Both the position numbers and the translations under genes were made by a program. Positions 12,098 through 24,421 of a stretch of 64,000 nt of DNA are shown piece by piece. This DNA is from Mobula hypostoma (Eukaryota). A model generated the notes under the pieces. The model made no database searches, was not told where the DNA came from, and saw nothing but the letters and a program-made list of their open reading frames with translations. Each line of letters begins with the position of its first letter. Positions within the stretch are counted from its first letter, which is position 1. The stretch spans positions 29,946,001 to 30,010,000 of the forward strand of contig NC_086101.1 in NCBI RefSeq assembly GCF_963921235.1, in the 5' to 3' direction.

Positions 12098-12289
12098 AGG
12101 ATATGATAAGTTTTGTTTTCAGCTATGTAACTTTGAAAAGAGAGACGAAACTCCATATTTGACTACTGTAAAACGACCCTGGAGAGATAGTACTGGGATC
12201 AAAGAAATGCTCTGTGAACTTAATGAGTACTTTTCACTTATAGAAACCATGTTGACTTTGGCCTATTTTATCATATGTGTCCAAATATA

Positions 12290-13625
12290 CGAGAGCATAT
12301 ACTTAACAATCAACTTGGGCAACTTCCCAAACACCAAATTCAGATTAAATTTCCTGTTATCTGCCTCCCTCCCTTCTTGAAGATTAGAATGCCATTTGCA
12401 AGTTTACAGTGCTCATGAACCATGGAAGAATCTGGTAATGTTTGAAAGATCATTGAGAATGCCTCAATAATCTCTTCAGAATCTTCTTTCAGAACCCTGG
12501 GGTCTATTCCATCTGGTCCAAGTGACCTTCAGACATTTGAGCTTCCAAAGTATCTTCTGCCTAGTAATAGCAGTTGTGCTTACTCCTGCCCCTGACACTC
12601 GCGAAGGTCTGACACACTGCGAGTGACCTGTACAGTGAAGAGGGATGCAAAATCCATGTTTAGTTTGGCCGTCGTTTCCTTGAATTCCATTACTACCTCT
12701 CCAGAACTAGTTTCCATCGTTTCGATATCTATTCACGCATCTCTTTTACCCATTATATATCTGAAAAAAGTATTTTGATATGCTCCATCATATTATTAGC
12801 TAACTTACCTTCATATTTCACCTTTTCCCTCCTTTTGGCTTTTTTTTTGCTTTCTGTTGGATTTTAAAAGCTTCCAAGTCCTTCAATATATACCCTCTCT
12901 TATGCTTCTATGTTGTTTTTGTCTTCCCTTGCCAGCCACAGTTGTGTCATCCTGCCTTTCGAATTCTCCTTCTTTGGAGTGTATCTGTCCGGTGCCTTCC
13001 GAATTTCTCCCAGAAACTGCACCCATTGATGTTCTGACTTCATCACTGAAAGTGTCCCATTCAAGTCAACTTTGGCCAACTCCTCTAATGTGCCTCTATA
13101 ATTTCCTTTACCGGACTGTAATACTGGTACTTCTGAGTTTAGATTCCCCTTCCCAAACTGAAGCGTAAACTCCATAATATTATGATCACTGCCACCTTAA
13201 TCACCCTAATTTACTTCAGTTCATTACACAAAACCCATTACAGAATAGTCTTTCCCCTAATAGGCTCAACCGCAAGCTGTTCTAAAAAGGCACCTTGTAG
13301 GCATTCTACAAATTCTCTCTTTGGGATCCAGGACCAATTTGATTTTCTGAATCTACTTGCATATTGAAATTACTATTTATGAGTGAATCACTGCCTCTTT
13401 GACATGCCTTTTCTGTCTCCCATTGTAATTTAACATCCTGACTGCTGGTTGGAGGCCTGAATTTAACTACAATCAAGGTTTTTTTTACTCTTGCATTTTC
13501 TTAAATCGTTCTGCAATAATTCTACATTTCTCAACATATGACTACTCTTTCCAAGGATTTGATTTCATTCTGTTTTAACATCAGACCCTCCCCAAGTTTT
13601 CAGTCTACTTGCCTGTCCTTTCGAT
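12290..13625 (-). mobile_element. Old CR1 ORF2 fragment
   Basis: GNYRGTLEELAKVDLNG...DRYTPKKENSKGRMTQLWL; duplicated at about 62570-63905. Confidence 0.8.
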
Positions 13626-13659
13626 GACATAAGAAGAGCCTTACTGTGCTGTACTATTC

Positions 13660-15045
13660 TGTGTTCTGTGTTCTATAAGAAACATAGAAACATAGAAACA
13701 TAGAAAACCTACAGCATAATACAGGCCCTTCGGTCCACAATGTTTTGCCGAACATGTCCCAACCTTAGAAATTACTAGGCTTACACATAGCACCCTATAT
13801 TTCTAAGCTCCATGTACCTATCCAAGAGTCTCTTAAAAGACACTATCGTATCCGCCTTCACCATCGCCGCCGGCAGCACATTCCACGCACTCACCAGTAT
13901 TTGCTTAAAAAAAAACTTATCCCTGACATCTCCTCTGTACCTGCTCCTGAGCACCTTAAATCTGTGTCTACATGTGACAACCACATCGGCCTTGGGAAAA
14001 AGCCTTTGACTATCGACACGATTAATGCCTCTCATCATCTTATTCACCTCCATCAGGTCACCTCTCATCCTCCGTCGCTCCAAGGAGGAAACGCCGAGTT
14101 CACTCAACCTATTTTCATAAGGTATGTTCCCCAATCCAGGCAACATCCTTGTAAATCTCTTCTGCACCCTTTCCATGGTTTCCACGTCCTTTCTGTAGTG
14201 AGGCGACCAGAACAGGGCACAGATCTCCAAGTGGGGCCTGACCAGAGTCCTTGAAATCTGCAACATTACCTCTCGGCTCCTAAATTCAATTCCATAATTG
14301 ATGAAGGCCAATGTACTGTATGCCTTCTTAACAACATAGTCAACCTGCGCAGCTGCTTTGAGCGTCCTATGGACTCGGACTCCAAGACACCTCTGATCCT
14401 CCACACTGCCAAGAGTTTTACTATTAATACCATATCCTGCCATCATATTTGACCTACCAGAATGAGCTACTTCATACTGATCTGGATTGAAATCCATCTG
14501 CCACTTCTCAGCCCAGTTTTGCATCCTATCAATGTCCCGCTGTAACCTCTGACAGCCCTCCACACTATCCACAACACCCCCAACCTTTGTGTCTTCAGCA
14601 ATCATACTAACTCATCCCTCCACTTCCTCATCTAGGTCAGTTATAAAAATCACGAAGAGTAAGCGTCCCAAAGCATATCCCTCATGCACACCACTGGTCC
14701 CGGAACTCTATGCAGAACATGACCCGTCTACAACCACTCATTGCCTTCTGAGGGCAAGCCACTTCTGGATCCACAAAGCAATGTCCCCTTGGATCCCATG
14801 CCTCCTTACTTTCTCAATAAGGCCTGCATGGGGTACCTTATCAAATGCCTTGCTAAAATCCACATACACTACATCTATTGCTCTTCCTTATGTATAGTTT
14901 TAGTTACAAGGTTCCCAACTATAATCTTCTTTCAGCTATGGACCAGTAAATCCCACAATGTCACACCTACCAATTTCTAACTGCGCTACAAGATCATCTA
15001 CCTTATCCCCTATGCTACTTGTATTCAGAAACAGCACATTTTGTT
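13660..15045 (-). mobile_element. CR1 3' portion with (GAAACATA)n tail, plus an adjacent endonuclease-start fragment
   Basis: Tail at 13677-13704. ORF 13781-14605 has RTLVRPHLE and RFTRMLPGL. NTSSIGDKVDDLVAQLEIG near 14990-15030. Confidence 0.9.
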
Positions 15046-15049
15046 CTGC

Positions 15050-15510
15050 CACAAAAAAAACAAAATCTGCAGATGCTGGAAATCTAAGCAACAGACACGA
15101 AATGCTGCAGGAATTCAGCAGGTCAGGCGGCATCTATGGAAAAGAGTACCTTTGATATTTTGGGCTGACACCTTCAGTAGGACTGGAGAGAAGAAATTGA
15201 GGAGTAAAGTTAAAAGTAGAGGGAAAGGGACAGAGAAATACAAAGGTGAAACTGGGAGCGGGGTTGGTGAAGGAAAGAGCTGGGAAGTTGATTGGTTAAA
15301 GATATACAGGGCAGGAGAAAGGGGAATATAATGGGGAGGACAGAAGGCCATGGAAGAAAGAAAAGAGGGAGGAGCAACAGAAAGAGGCAATGAACAGGCA
15401 AAGAGATAAAGTAAGAATTGGAAAAGGGGCTGGGGAGTGGTGAAGGAGAGTGGGGTGGGAGATATTACTGAAAGTTCGAGAAATCAATGTTCATGCCATC
15501 AGGTGGAAAC
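15050..15510. mobile_element. Penelope-like element terminal repeat relic (common elasmobranch repeat)
   Basis: tgcagatgctggaaat...gaattcagcaggtcaggcggcatctatggaaaagag, then a decayed hammerhead-like motif and a purine-rich body. Related to 22790-23100 in the opposite orientation. Confidence 0.5.
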
Positions 15511-15520
15511 TAGCAGATGA

Positions 15521-15555
15521 ATTGAAATGAAATGAATTGAATTGAATTGAATTGA
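15521..15555. repeat. (ATTGA)n pentanucleotide repeat
   Basis: attgaaatgaaatgaattgaattgaattgaattga; probably the tail of the adjacent - strand LINE. Confidence 0.8.
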
Positions 15556-15559
15556 GTGA

Positions 15560-16360
15560 TATTTATTGTCATTATACATAGTACAATGAAACTCTGTTTA
15601 GCTTCCTCTCAGGGAATTAAATAAAGTGGAATATATAAAAAAGGAGTAATTGAAAAACAGTATTAAATATATAAGTAACAGAAAATAAGTTGCAGCTGTA
15701 CCAGAATATCACAATGATGAACAAAATTCCGTTATTACAAGTAGTTGAATCCCTGTGTGTACAAGTGTGTGTTCACAGTTTCAGTCATTGTTCTCTGGCA
15801 GTGGTGTGATGGAGGCCACAACCCTGGGATAGAAGCTGTTCATCAGTCTATTTGTTCTGGCTTTTAGCGTCCTGAACCTTTTGCTGTACCGCAGCGGGTC
15901 AAACAGGGAGTGGCCGGGGTGTGTGGTGTCCCTGGTTATGCTGATTGCTTTCTTCCTTAGTCTGCTGGAATAGATGGTGTACATTCTTGGCAGCTCCATC
16001 CTGACAATTCGCTGGGCCGCCTTCACCACGCGATGCAGGTCTTGTCGCTCATCGGCTATGCAGCTGGCATACCACAGTGGCGCTGGTGGTCAGGATGGTT
16101 TCAATTGTGTTTCTATAGATTTTAAGCAACAACTTTTGTGGGAGTTTGGCCTGTTTGAGCTTTCTAAGGAAGAAGAGTCTTTGTTGGGCCTTTTTTACAA
16201 GCAGCGAGGTGTTGATAGTCCATATCAGCTGCTTCGACAACAAAACTCCAAGGAACTTTAGGTTTTCCACACCTGCCACTACCTCTCCATGTATACGGGG
16301 TGGGGGGGGGGCGGGGTGTAATCTGTCCTTTGATCTCCTGAAATGAATGATCATCTCTTG
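15560..16360 (-). mobile_element. Rex-Babar-type LINE 3' fragment
   Basis: LKFLGV...LVKKAQQRLFFLRKLK and LKARTNRLMNSFYPRVV. Confidence 0.8.
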
Positions 16361-16379
16361 GAATTAAGGTGTAATTCCT

Positions 16380-17600
16380 CCAACCTGATTATGCCCTCAT
16401 TTAGTTCTGCTTTCATTACTATTTTAGATTTTGCTCACATGTTACACTCCAACTCATCTCACTGATTACATTTTTGTCCTGTAAGCTCACTTTCTTTCCT
16501 AACAGTATCACTGCATATTGCATCGAGTTGTATAACAAATGCAACATTCTCAGCTTTATAATTCTGATTCCCATTCCTCTACCAATTTAGGTGAAACTTT
16601 ATTCAATAGCTCTTCAAAACTGCCCAGAAGGGTACAGCCTCTCTACCCCCAGCACCCATCCCAGGGTTCAGGTATAACAGGTTCCCTTTGTACAGCAGGT
16701 CATTCCTTTCCCAGAAGAGATCACAATGACCCAGGATTCTGAAGCCCTGCTTCCTGTACCAGTTACCGATCCACACATTCATTTGCAAAGTTTTCCTATT
16801 TTTCGCTCATTGGCACTTGGCATAGGCAACAATCCAAAAATGACTACTCTGGAGTTCCTGTTTTTCAAATTTGTACCTAATTCTGAAAATTTTACTTTCA
16901 GGATCTCCTCCCTTTTCCTACCTATATCATTGCTGTCAATATATACCGACATTGCAAGATACTCACCCTATCCCCTTAGAATATCGTAGAGCAGATGTGA
17001 GATATCACTTTCCCTCGCACCAAGGAGGCAATGTACCATTCGGTCTCTTTCACGTCTACATAATCTTGTGTCTGCTGCTCGAACTATTACTTCTGCAGTC
17101 CACTTCTTCCCCTCCCTTTTGAACCACAGCGCTGGACTCAGTGCCACAGACCCAGTAACTGTGTCATCTCCACACCCCCTGGTAGATCACCGCCTAATAA
17201 TGTCCATAGTGATTATTGAAGTGAATGGCCACAGGTGTGGTCTTCACTGGCTGCCCACTTCCATTCCCTCTCTTGACAGTTACACAGGTACGAGCCAACT
17301 TAGGGGTAACCACCTCCATACAGCTCTTATCTGTCACTTCCCGAGTTTCCCGTATGGTCTAAAAGTCAACAAGTTGCAGTACTAGTCCCTTAATGTGTTT
17401 CTCAGAGGACCCGCAGCTCTGTCCCCCTATGCAGATTGGTTGGCTGGCAGACCGGAGAATTCCCATTTCTTACACAAGTACATAACACAGACCATGGAGC
17501 CATTCCCACCGCTGTAACTATGCACTAACAGATGAGGAATGAAGAGGAGCAAACTTACCAGAAACGTACCTCACCCAAACCTGTTCTCACTTATGCCTGT
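16380..17600 (-). mobile_element. CR1 ORF1 (SGNH esterase-like) and 5' region, degenerate
   Basis: QGFRILGHCDLFWERNDL, similar to CR1 ORF1 at 56759-57320. Confidence 0.65.
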
Positions 17601-17744
17601 TGAACCAAAGCCACCCGACTCTAATACTGCTCCACTCACACAATGACTTCTCTGCTTGGCCCTACATTATCTTTATTTTTCATTGCTAATGAACCGTGAT
17701 TTCAGTGGGCCATCGGAAACAGTCGAAAGCCTGAAAAATCTACT

Positions 17745-18360
17745 TTTTAAACACTCTCTCCCCGACCTGACAAACCTACTGGAATTCTTTGAGGATAGAG
17801 CAAGCAGGCTAGACAAAGAAGAATCGGTGGATGTTGTGCACTTTGATTTTGAGAACGGCTTTGAAAAGTGCCGCACATGAAGCTACTTAATAAGATAATA
17901 TGTCATGGTATTGCAGGAAAGATATTATCCTGGATAAAGGACTCATTTATTGGCAGAAGGCAAAGAGTAAGAATTCACTGGTTGACTCGAGGTCTGTTTT
18001 GGGACTGCTGCTTTTTACCATATATGCCAGTGAATTGGATAAAAGAATTGACGCTTTTGTGTCCAGGTTTGTGGATGATACGTAGATAGGTAGAGGCTGA
18101 GATAGTGTCGAGGAACTAGCGAGGATGCAGAAGAAATTAGAAAAATGGGCGAAGAAGGGCTGATGGAATATCGTGTCAGGAAGTGTATGATCATGGACTT
18201 TGGTAGAAGAACAAACGCATGGACTGCTTTCTAAAAGGGCAGAAAATTCGAAAATCCAGGCGCAAAGGGACTCAGGAATCCTTGTGCAGGATTCTCTAAA
18301 GATAATCTTGCAGGTTGAGTCGGTGACAAGGAAAAGTAAATGTAATGCTATCATTTATTT
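17745..18360 (+). mobile_element. CR1 RT fragment
   Basis: LTNLLEFFEDRASRLDKEESVDVVHFDF. Confidence 0.75.
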
Positions 18361-18419
18361 TAGATTAGATTATGGAGACACGCAGTCCTCTTTTTTATTG
18401 TCACAATATTTGGAGCGGG

Positions 18420-19925
18420 TTATAGATAACAGACAATAGACAATAGGTGCAGGAGTAGGACATTCAACCCTTCGAGCCAGCACCACCATTCACTGTGATC
18501 ATGGCTGATCATCCACAATCAGTACCCTTTTATGCCTTCTCCCCACATCCCTTCACTCCACTATCTTTAAGGGCTCTATCTAACCCTTTTTTGAAAGGAT
18601 CCAGAGAATTGGCCTCCACTGCCTTCTGAGGCAGAGCATTCCACGGAACCACAACCCTCGGTGTGAAAAAGTTTTTCCTCGACACCGTTCTAAATTGTCT
18701 CCCCTTTATTCTCAAACTGTGGCGTCTGGTTCTGGACTCCCCCAACATCGGGAGCATGTTTCCTTACTCTAGGGTGTCCAATCCTTTAATAATCTTATAT
18801 GTTTCAATCCGATCCACTTTCATCCTTCTAAATTCCAATGTATACAACCCCAGTCGCTCCAGTCTTTCAACATATGACAGTCCCTCCTCCATCCCAGGAA
18901 TTTACCTCCTGAAACCTACGCTGCACTCCATCAATAGCTAGAATGTCCTTCCTCAAATTTGGAAACCAAAACTGTATACAACATTCCAGGTGCGGTCTCA
19001 CCAATGCCCTGTACAACTGCAGAAGGATCTCTTTGTTCCTATACTCAATTCCCCTCGTTACGAAGGCCAGCATGCTTTCTTCACTGCCTGCTGTACCTGC
19101 ATGCTTACTTTCAGTGACTGATGAACAAGGACACCTAGATCTCGTTGTACTTACCCTTTTCCTAACTTGACACCGTTCAGATAGTAATCTGCCTTCCTGT
19201 TCTTGCCACGAAAGTGGATAACCTCACATTTTTTCACGTTAAACTGCATCTGCCCACTCACCCAACGAGTCCAAGTCACCCTGCATTCTCATAAGATCCT
19301 CCTCATATTTCACACTGTCACCCAGCTCTGTGTCATCTGCAAATTTGCTAATGTTACTTTTAATCCCTTCATCTAAATCATTAATGTGTATTGTAAATAG
19401 CTGCGGTCCCAGTACCGAGCCTTGCGGTACTCCAGTTGTCACTGCCTGCCATTCTGAAAAGGACCCATTAATCCCTACTCTTTCCTTCCTGTCTGCCAGT
19501 CAATTTTTTATCCATGTCAGTACCTACCTCCCAATACCATTAGCTCTAATTTTGTACACTAACCTCCTATTTGAGACCTTATCAAAGGCTTCCTGAAAGT
19601 CCAGGTACACTACATCCACTGGCTTTCTTATGTCCATTTTCATAGCTACATTCTCAGAAAATTCCAGAAGATTAGTCAAGCATGATTTTCCCTTCTTAAA
19701 TCCATGCTGACTCTGACCTATTCTGCCACTGCTATCCCAAAATGCCGCTGTTACATCTTTTATAATTGACTCCAGCATCTTCCCCACCACTGATGTCAGA
19801 CTAACTGGTGTATAATTGCCTGTTTTTCTCTCCCTCCTTTCTTAAAAAGTGGGATAACATTCGCAACCATCTAATCAGCAGGAGCTGATCCTGAATCTAT
19901 AGAACTTTGGAAAATGATTACCAAT
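18420..19925 (-). mobile_element. CR1 3' half with (AGACAAT)n tail
   Basis: Tail agacaatagacaatagg; RALVRPHLECC, PQGSVLGPQLF, FADD, SCLTNLLEF. Confidence 0.9.
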
Positions 19926-19929
19926 GCGT

Positions 19930-20545
19930 CCAAGCATTGAAATAAAGAAGCAGGGATGTAACGTTGAAACTTCATAAGCCATTAGTCAGAGCGCACTTTA
20001 AGTATTGAAAGTAGTTTTGGCCCCTCATCTAAGAACGGATGTGGTGGCGTTGGAAATGGTGCAAAGGAGACTCACGAGAATGATCCGGGGTATGAAAGGG
20101 TTAACGTAAGCATTTTATAGCTCTGGGCCAGTACTCGCTGGAGTTTAGAAGAATGAGAGGAGTTTCATTGAAGTCGAGCAGTTACTCAAATACCTTGATC
20201 GAGTGGTAATGTAGAGAATGTTTTCTAGAGTGGGGGAGTCTAGGAGCAGAGTGCACAGTTTCAGAATACAGAGACGGACATTTTGCACAGAAATGAGGAG
20301 GAAGTTCTTATAGTAAGCGGGTGGTGAATCTGTGGAATCCATTGCTTCAATCAGCTATGCAGGCTAATTCATGTGTTATTTAATTCGGAGAGTGATAATT
20401 CTTGATTATAGTAAGGGCCTCAAAGGTTATGAGAAGAAGTCGGGAGAATGGGGTTGAGAGTGATAATAAATCAGCGATGACGGAATGGAGGAGCAGACGC
20501 GACAAGTCGAGTGGCTAAATTGCTCCCATATCTTCTTCTCTTATG
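19930..20545 (+). mobile_element. CR1 3' end, degenerate
   Basis: Homologous to CR1 3' ends elsewhere in the window (gtggtgaatctgtggaat..., ggttatgagaagaag...gggagaatgggg). Confidence 0.7.
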
Positions 20546-21393
20546 ATTATAACAACTGATCAAAACTGCACACAGTAATAATTTTAAATTTTTATATCAC
20601 AACATAGTTTACGATTCTTTTAATTGAATGGGCTCGTCCGGATAAATAAACGTTAGGCATGATAAAATCAATGGTTTAAACATTCCTAATTTTTTAGGAC
20701 TAAAAAGTCGACACCTTGGGTTAATTCCGCAAACAAAGATATTGTTAATGGTTAGTCATAATTGTGAGAAGATATTTGAATATGCTAAATGCCTATGCAA
20801 TTGTTTTGTCCTTGTTTAGTAATTAGCAATCTCCAGCATCAATACACTTCGTGTCTCCATTTGCAAGGCAGGCTGTGCAGGAGCACGGAAAGGAATGTGT
20901 GGATGAGAAGTAGACCATAAGAATGTTAGCCAGCCATGAAAAATAGAATAAACTGAGGTTATTCACTGAACTATAACTGCGCACTGAACAGCTCTGGAAG
21001 TTTGTTGTGCTATACAGCTCATTACAGGAAGAAGTTCAGGGCAGTTGACAATACGCAGCAAATTGGGAGAGCTTTCCTCTGTTGTCATTTCATGAAGTAA
21101 AGTACATCTATTTACCTCCACTTCCTTTGTGCTCGGTCTATTAACACAGTTAACAATTTTAAACTTTCGCTTTCTCTGGAGCAGCTCACGTCTACATTTG
21201 CTTTACGTGCATTTCATTTCACCCTACTGCGAAGCAAAGGCTAGATGGAGGTATGTTGTTGAGATGCGTCATGCTATTTGTTTTTAGCTGCAGATGTGTC
21301 TTGGGATTTCTTGTGCTTTTTTTTTTCTTTAAAAATTCCTAAGTAATGACAAATGTTTTGCAACGTTCATGTGCCATTTCAGAATTCCATCGT

Positions 21394-21401
21394 TATAAAT
21401 A
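21394..21401 (+). promoter_or_regulatory. Candidate TATA box of GPCR1
   Basis: TATAAATA 68 nt upstream of the ATG; motif only, no transcript evidence. Confidence 0.3.
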
Positions 21402-21468
21402 GGAGATAATTTCTAAAGCAAAGGGCAGTGGTTTGACCATTAACAATCAACACAGAGTGTAACCAAAT

Positions 21469-21538
21469 ATGGGACTACCAGTAATCTTACAGGTAGAGAA
21501 CGTATTCTATCCTTTTCTCGCAGTCATCGGAGTTCCCG
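21469..21538 (+). CDS. GPR139/GPR142-like class A GPCR 1, exon 1 (MGLPVILQVENVFYPFLAVIGVP + G)
   Basis: aaatATGg start, 70 nt, ends at a G|GTAAG donor, phase 1. Joins in frame to 24422. Confidence 0.88.
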
Positions 21539-22789
21539 GTAAGATGTTTAAACAAACCTAGCGCGTTTTTTTTTCTTTAGGAACTTATGATGTTTCCATT
21601 TTAACTTGGTCTGTTTTATTTACAAACAATATTATCTAGTTTTAAGAGCGATCAGAACGTTCCAAATTTCGACCAATATAAAAAAAAACAGCACTCTCGG
21701 AGTTAAGGTTGGGTGAATCCAGATGAGCAGTTTGATAGATTGCGTTTGAGTAAAGTATTGGTGACAAAAGGCGCAGTGAAACAGCGATTCGCCTGGTGTT
21801 CTCTGGACCGAAATGTATGTACAGTATGTTTAGATTATAGAGTAGATTCTACAAAATGCACGTACCCCTGAGTCCGTTTCCGAGCTTTACTCGCCTGTGG
21901 AATACTATCGTAGTAAAATTGGCATCACGGATATATAACTTTGCACTCGAAAGTGGAAGCCTCTGCATTAAGCCTACTCCGTTTATTCTAGCCTGAAGCT
22001 TTCAAAGCGTTCCAAGTACGAGCTGAAAGCGATAACATTCTCTTCCATTACATACGATCAGGGGATTAAGAAATTAGTTTATACTGAGGTCACTGGGAGG
22101 GGAAAAAAGCACATTGTAGAGAAAATTAAGTAGAGGCTGAGCTTATTTGGTTCAATTGTCAAGGACAAATACTTCTCTAAAATTTTAGGTGATATGCATT
22201 TTGGCATTGTAACACGAGCGCAGATGACAGTGATTTTAGTTTTACTAATACAAACTTAATGGGAACAAGTGAAAATAATAAAAGTTGGACGGCATCTTGT
22301 TTAACCAGTGCTACATGATTGTCTAAGTTAATTTAAGGTCAAACCTCTGATTATCTTGTAGTAGTGAAATCCCTCCGACCCAGTGGGCATGAAGCTTTCG
22401 GCTAAACAAAAGTTTTTAATATATGATTGATCCAGGAATCGTGCGACTGCTGCTACTTACATTGCAAAACGCGAAATAAATTGGAGCTTAGGGCATAAAC
22501 AGGATTCAATCATCTCAACTAATGCAATTTTAAAGTTGCTTTATTTACCAGCAAGGATGGATGATTTCATCTCCAATTTGTGTTTTCTGCGCTGCTTCGG
22601 GCAGTCATAAAACATTGCGTCCAAAATGAATATTTCTCGATGCACATGTAATAAATTAGTTTTCATTATGTTGAGTGGGAGAGGAATCTATTTAAATTTC
22701 GATAATTTTAACTACCGTGTTTGTTATTCGGGTGATTTAACTTTGACGACCACCGTGAATCACGTGTAAAAAAGACCTAAAGAAAATAA

Positions 22790-23100
22790 ATAAGTTGAAA
22801 CCTTCAGCATATCAGGCAGCTTTTATGGAATGAGATACATTCAGGGTCGAAGTGTCGCCAGCACAACTCTCTTCATCAGAACGCTGAATCTGTTCAGCGT
22901 TACTTTCTCTGATGAACATATTTCCTAATGGAAAACCGTATACAATCGAAGTTTCTGGCCAAGACCCCATATCAGGATTCCATGGGTCTCGACCGAACCG
23001 TCGACTGTTTACTAATTTCCATAGATGCTGCACGGCTTGCTGAGTTCCCGCAGCACTTGTGTATGTATTATTTTGATTTCCAGCATCTGTAGGTTTTCTC
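22790..23100. mobile_element. Penelope-like terminal relics with decayed hammerhead-type motifs, in the GPCR1 intron
   Basis: gggtctcgaccgaaccgtcgac...ccatagatgctg...gctgagttcc...ttccagcatctg, plus inverted arms. Confidence 0.5.
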
Positions 23101-23399
23101 CTGTTTATATGTCTAAATGATGTTTGAAAAATTCAGTGTGTTTTGCATCATATAGATAATGTAATGAGAATATAATTTTCATCAGCATTTTCTCGATGTT
23201 CGAAACGTACTTTTATTCCAAAGAATTACAACCTAACATGTTATAAATATACCGTTTGACTGTTTTGCCAGTAAGAAAAGTTTCTATGTCCCTGCTTAAA
23301 CAATAACAATGCCAAATTACACCTCTGCTGCTTGGTTAGCTCAGGCTGGATGCATAGCAGTTCAATACTGCTAATTTGAGGAACAATCATTATTGTATT

Positions 23400-23760
23400 A
23401 AGAAACGATTCGCAAGAAAACTCTGAGGGACTTTTTATGGCGGTCCAGTTTCTAGGCCTAGAACTAAAACATCAAATCTAGTAAGAGTTCAAAATTATCA
23501 CAAAGCCTTTTTAATGCCGTTGTCGGTACCTGGATCCTTCGGCTAGGAAGTCTGTTTGTCAGCAATTCGCAAGACGTTTATGCAGAAGTATATCGACCTG
23601 TAGGGCTGCAGATCTCAACTTGGAATGTAAGGCAGGGACGGTAGATGAGCCGAACGGCTTCTTGCTAGGTTCACTGTAAATCGTCCATAATTGTTGCCTG
23701 TGTGCCGAAGATATTTCATAAGCCATTGCAACGGTACATGGTTTCATAGTTAAGTAACTT
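23400..23760 (-). mobile_element. Possible RTE-type LINE 3' fragment, very degenerate
   Basis: Weak resemblance to RTE C-terminal motifs in broken frames. Confidence 0.3.
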
Positions 23761-24421
23761 TACGAAGGCAAACATATCAGTTACAAGAACTTCTGAAAAT
23801 CAGAGTGGAACCACCGATGCTAAATTTCTCAAGTAAAATTTAAATTGCTGGGAATACTGAATATATGAAACACATTTTTGAAAGAGAATCATATTAAAAT
23901 TTTTGACCCTCAAAAAAAAAGCATCTCTGATAACAAGAGTTAACGCTGTTGCTCTTTCCATAGATACTGGTTGACCCATTATGCGTTTCAATCATTTTCT
24001 GTTTTTATTTGATTCTCATTAAACGCAGGTTAAAAGTTTAAAAGCTGTTCGGCGTTCTGAGTTCTCAGATAGAGGCAGGCAGCGACACTATCCCGCTCGT
24101 AACAAAGTTTCAGCATTCCACGTTGGTAAAATAAATCTTAAATATATATATACATCTTCAGTTTTTTTCTACCAAAAAAAAACGTTTACCAGGAGAACAC
24201 TGACGATTAACGAATTCGTTTCACACTGGCATTTTCTGAATCGTTCACAATAGACATGTAATGTACAGCAATGCATGAGTGTACTTCATAATTTCTAATC
24301 TTAAACACAGTCTTTGGAATAAAAGTGAAAATATAAGATGTTTCCGTGGCAGGAACAGTCAGCCCATTATCTCATCGGATTTAAGAAAGTTGTAAAATTG
24401 ATTTTGTAATTTTCTTTGCAG

